DNA of 49,546 nt from positions 1-49,546 of the forward strand of contig DATDPM010000012.1 in assembly GCA_035292745.1 (NCBI GenBank), read 5' to 3'. The notes under the pieces were generated by a model. That model was given only the letters and a program-made list of their open reading frames with translations. It made no database searches and was not told where the DNA came from. The translations under genes and the position numbers were made by a program. This DNA comes from Alphaproteobacteria bacterium (GTDB taxonomy: Bacteria > Pseudomonadota > Alphaproteobacteria > DATDPM01). Each line of letters begins with the position of its first letter. The first letter of the stretch is position 1. Shown in pieces: positions 9,800 through 19,141 of this stretch.

Positions 9800-10387
9800 A
9801 TGACCGGAGATTCCTGGACCCACCGGATTGCGCGCGTGTTGGTGCGGCCGCTGGTCGGCGGACCCGTCACGCCCAACCACCTGACCACGCTTCGCCTGCT
9901 GACCGGGATTGCCGCCTGCGCCGCCTTTGCGGCGGGGACGCGCGACTACGAGATCTGGGGCGGCGGGCTGTGGGTGCTGTCGGCCTTCCTCGACCGCGCC
10001 GACGGCGAGCTGGCGCGCCTCGCCAACGCCCAAAGCAAATGGGGGCATCGGTACGATTACGCGAGCGACGTCGCGGTGACGGCCCTGTTCTTCATCGCCG
10101 TGGGATTCGGGCTGCGCCACGGCGGGCTCGGGCCGTGGGCGGTGCTGCTCGGGCTGGTCGCCGGCCTGTCGGTGGCGCTCGCCTCGACGCTTTCCGAGGC
10201 GCTGGAGCAACGCGCGGGCACCGGCGAGAAGGCCTATGAAGGGGCGGGCGGATTCGATTTCGACGACATTCTTTATCTGTTCGGGCCGCTGGCGTGGCTG
10301 AGCCTGTTGCCGCCGCTGCTGGTCGGGGCCGCCGTGGGCGGACCGTTCTTCGCCGTTTGGACCTGGCTGCGCCTGCGCCGCGCTTGA
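9800..10387 (+). CDS. CDP-alcohol phosphatidyltransferase family protein
   Basis: 195-aa membrane ORF with the complete family motif D-x2-DG-x2-AR-x8-G-x3-D-x3-D (DRADGELARLANAQSKWGHRYDYASD). Starts 8 nt after the hpnL stop. Confidence 0.85.
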   Translation: MTGDSWTHRIARVLVRPLVGGPVTPNHLTTLRLLTGIAACAAFAAGTRDYEIWGGGLWVLSAFLDRADGELARLANAQSKWGHRYDYASDVAVTALFFIAVGFGLRHGGLGPWAVLLGLVAGLSVALASTLSEALEQRAGTGEKAYEGAGGFDFDDILYLFGPLAWLSLLPPLLVGAAVGGPFFAVWTWLRLRRA

Positions 10388-11665
<1,278 letters not shown>

Positions 11666-11684
11666 GGCGGCGGGGAAGCGGACC

Positions 11685-12620
11685 TTGCGCATCGCGGTCA
11701 TGGGAACGGGGGGTGTGGGCGGCTTCTTCGGCGCCAAGCTGCTTGCTGGCGGCGAGGACGTCACCTTCATCGCCCGCGGCGCCCAGCTTCAAGCCATCCG
11801 AACACACGGGCTTCGAATCGAAAGCGAGGTTTCGCCGCTTCATGTCCGTCCACAGGCCGCGACCGACGATCCCGCGATCGTCCCGCCCCAGGATGTCATC
11901 CTCTTTTGCGTCAAGCTCTGGGATGTCGAATCCGCGGCCGAGCAGATGCGCCCGATGGTGGGCGCGCACACGGCGGTCATCCCGCTGCAAAACGGCATCG
12001 ATTCCGAGCAGCGCGTCGCCGGCGCGATCCTCGGCGCGAAATCGGTCATGGGGGGCGTGGCGCATATTTCGGCCACGGTCATCGAGCCTGGCGTCATCCG
12101 CCATACCGGCAAGCTGCAGCGCCTCACCTTCGGCGAGATGGACGGAACGCGCAGCGCCAGGGCCGAGGCGTTTCTCGAGGCCTGCGCGCGCGCCAAGATC
12201 GACGGACGCCTCACGGAGCGCATCGAGGAGGCGATCTGGGACAAGTTCATGTTCCTCGTCGCCTTCAGCGGCATGACCGCCTTGCTGCGCGTCGGCATCG
12301 GCCCGATCCGCGAGGACGCGGAAACCTTCGCCATGTTCCGCGCCGCCATGGAGGAGGTCTTTGCCGTCGCGGCCGCCAAGGGTGTCGCCTTTGCCGGCGA
12401 TCCCATGGGCCAGTGGCTCAAGGCCATCGCGGCGATGCCTTACGATTACCGGGCCTCGATGCTCGAAGACCTGGAGCGCGGCCGCAGGCTCGAGCTGCCG
12501 TGGCTCTCGGGGGCGGTCGCCCGGCTGGGCGCGGAGCTCGGCGTCGCCGCGCCGGTCAACCGCTTCATCGCCACCGCCCTCAAGCTGCACGCCGATCCCG
12601 CCCGCCAGCGCGGCGCGTAG
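11685..12620 (+). CDS. panE: 2-dehydropantoate 2-reductase (ketopantoate reductase family)
   Basis: The Rossmann N-terminus LRIAVMGTGGVGGFFGAKL begins at TTG 11685 (alternative ATG at 11700), after GGGGAAG. The track start at 11451 lies inside the aminotransferase gene. Confidence 0.8.
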   Translation: MRIAVMGTGGVGGFFGAKLLAGGEDVTFIARGAQLQAIRTHGLRIESEVSPLHVRPQAATDDPAIVPPQDVILFCVKLWDVESAAEQMRPMVGAHTAVIPLQNGIDSEQRVAGAILGAKSVMGGVAHISATVIEPGVIRHTGKLQRLTFGEMDGTRSARAEAFLEACARAKIDGRLTERIEEAIWDKFMFLVAFSGMTALLRVGIGPIREDAETFAMFRAAMEEVFAVAAAKGVAFAGDPMGQWLKAIAAMPYDYRASMLEDLERGRRLELPWLSGAVARLGAELGVAAPVNRFIATALKLHADPARQRGA

Positions 12621-12812
12621 CCGCGCGGGGTCGCGCAGGGCCACGGGAATCCGCGCTATTTTTTCGTTGCAACGGCGCTTGCGGCTTGAAACCATGAGAC
12701 AGTGCTGGCCGGGCGCCGCCGCCAAATCGAGCGGCGAACCGGCCGGCGACAACCGGGAAAATACCCGGAATGCCGCGATTTCGCGGCCGCACAGGCCTCA
12801 GGGAGGAGTCGG

Positions 12813-14855
12813 TTGACCAGCGCTCAGGGAAAAGCGCCGCGGTGCGTGGCCTTGGTCGGCCCGTATCTCAGCGGCAAGACGACTCTTCTCGAAAGCATTC
12901 TGCATGTGACCGGCGCGATTCCGCGCAAAGGGACGGTCAAGGACGGGACCTCGGTCGGCGACGGCTCCGCCGAAGCCCGCGCCCGCCAGACGAGCGTCGA
13001 GATCTCCACGGCGACCACCGAATTCCTCGGCGATAAATGGACGATCCTCGATTGTCCGGGCTCGATCGAATTCGCGCAGGAGACGCGCAACGCCTTGATG
13101 GCGGTCGATGCCGCCGTGGTGGTTTGCGAGCCGGCGATCGACAAGGCCCTGACGCTCGCCCCCATCCTGCGCTTCCTCGACCAGCATCGAATTCCGCACA
13201 TGCTGTTCATCAACAAGATGGACGCGGCCCCCCACCGTGTCGCCGAAATCCTGGCCGCGTTGCAGGAGGTGTCCGAGCGGCCGCTCGTGCTGCGCCAGGT
13301 TCCGATCCGCGACGGCGACGCGATCACCGGCTACGTCGATCTGGTGAGCGAGCGCGCCTATCGCTATCGCCCCGACCAGCCCTCCGACCAGGTGCCGATC
13401 CCGCCCGCCGTGACCGAGCGGGAACGGCAGGCCCGGGCGCAGATGCTGGAATCGCTCGCCGACTTCGACGACGCCTTGCTCGAAAAGCTGCTCGAAGATC
13501 AAATCCCGCCCAAGGAGGACATTTACAAGAATCTGACGGGCACGCTCACCCGCGACATGATCGTTCCGGTGTTTTTGGGCGCGGCCGACAAGGACCATGG
13601 CGTGCGCCGCCTGATGAAGGCGCTGCGCCACGAAGCGCCGCCGCCCGATGTTTCCCGCGACCGGCTTGGGCTTCCCAAGGGAGACGGGCCGTTGGTGGCG
13701 ATCTTCAAGACCTACCACGTGCCGCACATGGGCAAGCTTTCGCTGGCCCGCGTCTGGCGCGGCGAGGTGACGGACGGCATGACCCTCAACGGCGAGCGGG
13801 TCAGCGGCCTGTACCGGCTGACGGGCCAGACCCAGACCAAGATTCCCAAGGCCGCCGCCGGCGAGGTGGCGGCGCTGGGGCGCATGGAAAAGGTCCGGAC
13901 CGGCGACATCCTCACCGCCGAAGGCCACGATGCGCGCGCCTCGGCGCGCCTGTTCCCGCGGCTTGCGCCGGTGTTCAGCGGCGCGATCGCCGTCGAGAAC
14001 CGCAACGACGAAGTGAAGCTGAGCGCGGCTGCGGCGAAGCTCGTCGAGGAAGATCCCTCGCTGTCGATCGAGCAGAACGTGGACACCCACGAATACCTGC
14101 TGTGGGGCCAGGGCGAGATGCATCTGCGCATCGCGCTCGAGCGGCTGCGCAACAAATATCATCTTTCCGCCAGCATGAAGCGGCCGCATGTGCCGTATCA
14201 GGAGTCGATTCGCAAATCCACGTCGCAGCACGGCCGCTATAAACGGCAGACCGGCGGCCATGGGCAATTCGGCGACGTGCATATCGACATCAAGCCGCTG
14301 CCGCGCGGCTCCGGGTTCCATTTCGGCGAGGAGATCGTGGGCGGCTCCGTGCCCAAGCAATTCATTCCGGCCGTCGAGACCGGCGCGCGCGAATATTTGA
14401 AGCGCGGGCCGCTCGGATTTCCGGTGGTCGACGTCGCGGTCACGCTGACCGACGGCCAGTACCACAGCGTGGACAGTTCCGAGGCGGCCTTCAAACAGGC
14501 GGCGCGCATCGCCATGACCGAAGGCATGGCGAATTGCGATCCGGTGCTGCTGGAGCCCATCTTCCATGTCACGATTCGGATCCCGGGCGAATTCACGCCC
14601 AAGGCGCAACGGCTCATCAGCGGGCGGCGCGGGCAGATCCTCGGCTTTGGCGCGATCAGCGACTGGAAAGGCTGGGACGAGGTTTCGGCCTACATGCCGC
14701 AATCCGAGATCCACGATCTGATCATCGAGCTCCGCTCGCTCACGCTCGGCGTCGGCACCTTCACCTGGAAGTTCGATCACTTGCAGGAATTGACCGGCCG
14801 GCTCGCCGACCAGGTGATCGCGCAGCGCGCCGAGGGGGTGCAGGCGGTGTCCTGA
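12813..14855 (+). CDS. elongation factor G-like translational GTPase (EF-G paralog)
   Basis: GTPase motifs are G1 GPYLSGKTT, G3 DCPG and G4 NKMD, followed by EF-G domains II-V. The likely start is TTG 12813, downstream of GGGAGGAG at 12801-12808. The track start at 12702 adds an Arg-rich leader. Confidence 0.8.
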   Translation: MTSAQGKAPRCVALVGPYLSGKTTLLESILHVTGAIPRKGTVKDGTSVGDGSAEARARQTSVEISTATTEFLGDKWTILDCPGSIEFAQETRNALMAVDAAVVVCEPAIDKALTLAPILRFLDQHRIPHMLFINKMDAAPHRVAEILAALQEVSERPLVLRQVPIRDGDAITGYVDLVSERAYRYRPDQPSDQVPIPPAVTERERQARAQMLESLADFDDALLEKLLEDQIPPKEDIYKNLTGTLTRDMIVPVFLGAADKDHGVRRLMKALRHEAPPPDVSRDRLGLPKGDGPLVAIFKTYHVPHMGKLSLARVWRGEVTDGMTLNGERVSGLYRLTGQTQTKIPKAAAGEVAALGRMEKVRTGDILTAEGHDARASARLFPRLAPVFSGAIAVENRNDEVKLSAAAAKLVEEDPSLSIEQNVDTHEYLLWGQGEMHLRIALERLRNKYHLSASMKRPHVPYQESIRKSTSQHGRYKRQTGGHGQFGDVHIDIKPLPRGSGFHFGEEIVGGSVPKQFIPAVETGAREYLKRGPLGFPVVDVAVTLTDGQYHSVDSSEAAFKQAARIAMTEGMANCDPVLLEPIFHVTIRIPGEFTPKAQRLISGRRGQILGFGAISDWKGWDEVSAYMPQSEIHDLIIELRSLTLGVGTFTWKFDHLQELTGRLADQVIAQRAEGVQAVS

Positions 14856-15050
14856 CGATGACGCAAGGGAAGCCTTGTATAACAAGCCTTTGGCGCGTAG
14901 TTTTGAGGAATTCTTGGTTCAGGGCAGGTTCATGCCCGGCGGCCTATCGTCGGGCGATCGTGAGGATGCGCTCGCCTTGTGGCGGCGGCGCGGCGTGAAG
15001 GCAGAACCGCCATGGGACGGACCCGCGCGCAAACGACAGAGGAGAGGCTC

Positions 15051-15518
15051 ATGAAGATCGACATCGGAATTGCCGAAAAGGACCGGAAGACCATCGCCAA
15101 GGGCCTGTCGGCGCTGCTCGCCGACACCTACACGCTCTATCTGAAGACCCACAACTTCCATTGGAACGTGACCGGGCCGATGTTCACGACGCTTCACCTC
15201 ATGTTCGAGACGCAATACACCGAGCTGGCGCTGGCGGTCGATTTGGTCGCGGAGCGCATCCGCTCGCTCGGCGAGCGCGCGCCCGGAAGCTACGCGGAAT
15301 TCTCCAAGCTCGCCTCGATCAAGGAAGCGAGCGGCGATCCCGACGCCAAGGCGATGATCCGCCAGCTGGTGGAGGGCAACGAGGCCGTGGTCAAGACCAT
15401 CCGCAGCATCTTCGACACGGCCGACAGCGCCGGCGATGAAGCGACGACCGACCTTCTGACCCAACGCCTGCAGGTTCACGAGAAGACCGCCTGGATGCTG
15501 CGCAGCCTGCTCGAATAG
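15051..15518 (+). CDS. dps: DNA starvation/stationary-phase protection protein Dps (ferritin-like)
   Basis: [53 protein letters not shown] is the typical Dps ferroxidase-site region. The ATG at 15051 follows GGAGAGG. Confidence 0.9.
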   Translation: MKIDIGIAEKDRKTIAKGLSALLADTYTLYLKTHNFHWNVTGPMFTTLHLMFETQYTELALAVDLVAERIRSLGERAPGSYAEFSKLASIKEASGDPDAKAMIRQLVEGNEAVVKTIRSIFDTADSAGDEATTDLLTQRLQVHEKTAWMLRSLLE

Positions 15519-15645
15519 ATCGTTGCCCTTCCGCCGGCGCGGCGCACTCAGGCAACTGTGGCTTGCGGGCGGCTTCCTTCAATATTGCGCCGGTCGCCGG
15601 CCCGCGAGAAGCCGTATGGCCGCCCGCGGGAAGCGTCCTGCTCGA

Positions 15646-15885
15646 CTAGCGCCAAACAGGCTTTCCGAGATCGATCTGGCTCTTGTCGGTCAGCGCACCG
15701 GCTCCGGCGCCGACGGCGCCGCCGATCAGCGCACCACTAACCGGGTCGCCGAGCATAAGCCCGCCGACGGCACCCACGCCGGCGCCAATTCCGGCACCCG
15801 AGATCGCACGGTCCGATGTGGATGTGCCGCAGGCGCCAAGAGCGATGGCCGAGAAGGCGGCCGCCACTAAGAAAATCTTTTTCAT
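15646..15885 (-). CDS. small glycine-zipper lipoprotein (79 aa)
   Basis: MKKIFLVAAAFSAIALGAC has a signal peptide plus lipobox, followed by Gly-zipper repeats (GAGIGAGVGAVGG, GGAVGAGAGA). The ATG at 15885 follows GGGAGA. The track start at 15975 lies in AT-rich non-coding-looking sequence. Confidence 0.7.
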   Translation of the reverse strand: MKKIFLVAAAFSAIALGACGTSTSDRAISGAGIGAGVGAVGGLMLGDPVSGALIGGAVGAGAGALTDKSQIDLGKPVWR

Positions 15886-16271
15886 GACTTGTCTCCCAAG
15901 CAGATAATTCTCTACTGCTACCAAATAGATTGGGAGACGAAACGCGGAATACAAGGAAATAAATGGCAATATCAAAATACCGCACTAATAAAACAGATGA
16001 AGGCGACTACATATTATTAATCATTATTGCATTTTGTGCGATATATATCAGTTACTTGCCGCAGTATTATTTCAGGAATAGGGTCATTTGTCACGAAAAC
16101 TGGGATGCTTTCGCGGGCACGGATTGCGGATGATTCACGAGAGCCACCAACCGGATTCCAATATCGCGCCGCTGCGAATCGTGTCGGAGTTTTTCGACAG
16201 TATCAGCCGGGAGCGGACACCGATGGCCTCGGCTGCAGATCCGACGCCCATGCTCATTATGGGTACAGGCC

Positions 16272-16358
16272 CTACCCCTCCGCCACTTTCTTCACCAAAA
16301 AATCGCGGAACGCGGTGAGCCGCCGTGCGTTACGCACCTCCTTCGAATAGACGAAATA
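16272..16358 (-). repeat. displaced duplicate of the last 28 codons plus stop of the lysR gene (copy A of an 87-bp direct repeat)
   Basis: Ungapped alignment to 17118-17204. It differs at 6 internal positions plus the stop codon (TAG vs TAA). Both copies translate to YFVYSKEVRNARRLTAFRDFLVKKVAEG*. Confidence 0.9.
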
Positions 16359-16373
16359 AGTCGTGCGCGTCCC

Positions 16374-16703
16374 CTAGCGGACGACGACAGACATCTCGGC
16401 GCGAGCCTTGCGCTTCGGTCCCACCGTGATCCGCACGTCTTGCCCGAGAGCCGTCAGAAACTCCATAAGGCGCTCGACGGAGAACGTACCGGATTGGCCC
16501 CGCATCAGCGCCGATACGTGCGGCTGCTTGATGCCGAGGATTTCGCCTGCCTGTGTCTGCTTCAATCCGCGCTTCTTGATGAGGCGATAGATTTGCAGCG
16601 TGAGGTGCGCCTTAAGCTGCTCACGCTCGGGGTTGGGGAAGCCCAGATCGGCGAATACGTTGCCGCTTCCTTCCTTGACGCGGGTGGTCTTTTTCCTGGC
16701 CAT
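16374..16703 (-). CDS. XRE-family helix-turn-helix antitoxin (HigA-like partner of the upstream toxin)
   Basis: 109-aa ORF with the HTH segment LKQTQAGEILGIKQPHVSALMRG. It starts 2 nt after the toxin stop. The toxin-first gene order is typical of HigBA-type modules. Confidence 0.75.
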   Translation of the reverse strand: MARKKTTRVKEGSGNVFADLGFPNPEREQLKAHLTLQIYRLIKKRGLKQTQAGEILGIKQPHVSALMRGQSGTFSVERLMEFLTALGQDVRITVGPKRKARAEMSVVVR

Positions 16704-16705
16704 GG

Positions 16706-17068
16706 CTAATTCTGCTTTCCTCCGTAGTTCCGTTCGGCGGCGGCAAGCCGCTGCCCGATCAGGTCCATTTCCTTCTTGGGTGTGGCGATGCCTTTCGTCG
16801 ATTTCTTCTGAAAGGCGTGGAGAACGTAGATCGCATCGCGAAAGCGCACGGTATACACTGTCCGATATGTGCCGCTGTCGTCGGCTGCGACGATCTCAAG
16901 GACGGATCGCCCTGCAAAGCCCTTGAGTGCCTTGACAGTGGGGTATTCCTCTCCGCATTGAGCGGCGTACAGCGCTTGTCCGATGTGCCGTTGCACGGCT
17001 TTCGGAAAAGCCTTGAGGTCTCTTCTCGATGACCCCACCCATCTGACGGGCTTCGGTTCGCCGTCCAC
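16706..17068 (-). CDS. RelE/ParE-superfamily toxin, phage Gp49-like / HigB-like
   Basis: 120-aa ORF (GTG start). VRWVGSSRRDLKAFPKAV...YRTVYTVRFRDAIYVLHAFQKKS matches the DUF891/Gp49-type toxin pattern as I recall it. It is tightly coupled to an HTH gene. Confidence 0.7.
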   Translation of the reverse strand: MDGEPKPVRWVGSSRRDLKAFPKAVQRHIGQALYAAQCGEEYPTVKALKGFAGRSVLEIVAADDSGTYRTVYTVRFRDAIYVLHAFQKKSTKGIATPKKEMDLIGQRLAAAERNYGGKQN

Positions 17069-17070
17069 GT

Positions 17071-17092
17071 TACGAATATACGTCTATTCGTA
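17071..17092 (-). promoter_or_regulatory. inverted repeat TACGAATA-N6-TATTCGTA immediately upstream of the toxin start, a candidate autoregulatory operator/promoter
   Basis: Perfect 8-bp arms at 17071-17078 and 17085-17092, 3 nt from the GTG at 17068. AT-rich -10-like hexamers overlap it on the minus strand. No Shine-Dalgarno sequence fits in the gap, so the transcript may be leaderless. Confidence 0.4.
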
Positions 17093-17117
17093 TATCCGGT
17101 CAAGTCCGGCAGCCTCG

Positions 17118-18005
17118 TTACCCCTCCGCCACTTTCTTCACCAGGAAATCGCGGAAGGCGGTGAGCCGCCGCGCGTTGCGCACCTCCTTGGAATAGACGA
17201 AATACGCCTCGACCTTGTGGCCTTCCAGCTCCGGCAGCACGCGCACCAGCGTCGGGTCCGATGCGCCCAGGTAATCGGGAAGCGCCGCCACGCCCAGGCC
17301 GCATTGCACCGCGCGGAATACGCCGTACACGGTATTGAGCTTAAGAGCCGGGCGGCGCGGGCGCGCCGGATCGGCGGCGAGCTCCAACAGCCAGCGCGCG
17401 TTGGGCAGCGGCGGCCGCGACAACGCGTCCCCGTAAGTGATCAGCCGGTGATCGCCGAGCTGCTCCGGCCGCTCCAGCGGCGGGGCTTTCTTCAAGTAAG
17501 CCTGGGCGGCGTATACGTAGAACCGCACCGTCAGCAGGCGCCGCTGGATCAGGTTCGGCTGCAAGGGCGGCGCCATGCGGATGGCGATATCGGCCTCGCC
17601 CATGGCGAGATCGAGCTGCCGGTCGTCGAGCACCAGCGTGACCTCGATGTCGGGATAACCGCTCAGAAACTCGCGGATGCGCGGCGTCAGCCAGATCGAG
17701 CCGAATCCGACCGTGGTGGTGATGCGCAGCGGCCCCGAGGGGCGCGCCCGGCTTTCGTACAGCTTGGATTCGGCGGCGGCGAGGCGCGCGTTGATGTCGC
17801 GGGTGGCGTCGAGCAGCAGCCGCCCGGCTTCCGTGAGCTTCAGCCCCCGGGCATGGCGGTGAAAGAGCGTGACCTTGAGGTTCGCCTCGAGCGCGCCGAT
17901 CTGGCGCGAGATGGCGGATTGGCTGAGGCTGAGCGCGCTGCTCGCGCTGGTGAAGCTGCCCGCCTCGGCCACCGTGTGGAAGATCCGGAGCTTGTCCCAA
18001 TCCAT
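17118..18005 (-). CDS. LysR-family transcriptional regulator
   Basis: MDWDKLRIFHTVAEAGSFTSASSALSLSQSAISRQIGALE is a canonical LysR winged-HTH N-terminus starting at ATG 18005. The track start at 18110 overlaps trxB. Its last 87 nt form copy B of the direct repeat. Confidence 0.9.
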   Translation of the reverse strand: MDWDKLRIFHTVAEAGSFTSASSALSLSQSAISRQIGALEANLKVTLFHRHARGLKLTEAGRLLLDATRDINARLAAAESKLYESRARPSGPLRITTTVGFGSIWLTPRIREFLSGYPDIEVTLVLDDRQLDLAMGEADIAIRMAPPLQPNLIQRRLLTVRFYVYAAQAYLKKAPPLERPEQLGDHRLITYGDALSRPPLPNARWLLELAADPARPRRPALKLNTVYGVFRAVQCGLGVAALPDYLGASDPTLVRVLPELEGHKVEAYFVYSKEVRNARRLTAFRDFLVKKVAEG

Positions 18006-18054
18006 GGGAGGATTCCTTGCGGTGGTCGTCCGGCGCAGCCGGGAACAGGGCGCG

Positions 18055-19047
18055 TCAGCCGCCGGCGCGAACCTTGACGGCGTCGGCCTCGGCGCTTTGG
18101 CCGGATTCATGCTCGGCCAGGAATTTTTCGGCGTCGAGCGCCGCCATGCAGCCCATGCCGGCCGCGGTCACCGCCTGGCGGTACACTTTGTCGCGCACGT
18201 CGCCCGCGGCGAACACGCCGGGGATGTTGGTGCGCGTGCTCTCGGCTGCTGCGACGATGTAGCCGCCCGCATCCATCGCGAGTTGCCCCTTGAACAATTC
18301 GGTGGCGGGCGTGTGGCCGATGGCGACGAACACACCGTCGGCCTTGATGTCCTGCGTCTTGCCGGTCTTGACGTTGCGAATCCGCAAACCCGTCACGGAC
18401 GGCGGCGTGCCGCCCCCCAGAACCTCTTCCGCGACGCTGTCCCAGATGACCGAGATCTTCGGATTCCGGAACAAACGGTCCTGCAAGATCTTTTCGGCGC
18501 GGAAACCGTCGCGGCGGTGAACCACGGTCACCTTCGTCGCGTGATTGGTGAGGTACAGCGCCTCCTCGACCGCGGTATTGCCGCCGCCGACGACGATCAC
18601 CTCGCGCCCGCGGAAAAAGAATCCATCGCAGGTGGCGCAGGCGGAAACGCCGAAGCCCTTGAACGTCTCCTCGCTCGGCAGCCCCAGCCAGCGGGCCTGC
18701 GCGCCGGTCGCGACGATCAGCGTGTCGCCGGAATAAACATCGCCCGAGTCGCCGGTGCACACGAACGGGCGGCGGCTCAAATCCACCTTGACGATGAGAT
18801 CGGCGATGAGCTCCGCGCCCACATGCTCGGCTTGGGCGCGCATCTGCTCCATCAGCCACGGGCCCTGGATGACATCGGCGAATCCGGGGTAGTTCTCGAC
18901 ATCGGTGGTGATGGTGAGCTGGCCGCCGGGCTGCATGCCGGCGACGATCAGCGGCTTCAGATTGGCCCGCGCCGCGTAGATCGCCGCCGTGTACCCGGCC
19001 GGACCCGAGCCGAGAATCAGAACCTTGCTGTGGAACTGTTTGGCCAT
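18055..19047 (-). CDS. trxB: thioredoxin-disulfide reductase
   Basis: 330-aa ORF with FAD motif [10 protein letters not shown], redox-active CATCDG and NADPH motif [10 protein letters not shown]. Confidence 0.95.
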   Translation of the reverse strand: MAKQFHSKVLILGSGPAGYTAAIYAARANLKPLIVAGMQPGGQLTITTDVENYPGFADVIQGPWLMEQMRAQAEHVGAELIADLIVKVDLSRRPFVCTGDSGDVYSGDTLIVATGAQARWLGLPSEETFKGFGVSACATCDGFFFRGREVIVVGGGNTAVEEALYLTNHATKVTVVHRRDGFRAEKILQDRLFRNPKISVIWDSVAEEVLGGGTPPSVTGLRIRNVKTGKTQDIKADGVFVAIGHTPATELFKGQLAMDAGGYIVAAAESTRTNIPGVFAAGDVRDKVYRQAVTAAGMGCMAALDAEKFLAEHESGQSAEADAVKVRAGG

Positions 19048-19141
19048 GAACGGCGCGGCACATCCGGTGAAAACGCGAACAGACGGTGGCGGCTAAACAT
19101 AGGAACACGGGCCGCGCGAAGCAAGGGAAGGCGGCGGCGCC

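Noticed and set aside
16027-16350. 107-aa and 76-aa plus-strand ORFs in the AT-rich block left of the TA cassette
   Set aside because: They cross the displaced lysR-end repeat in the wrong orientation, have atypical composition for this genome, and lack any start context or motif.
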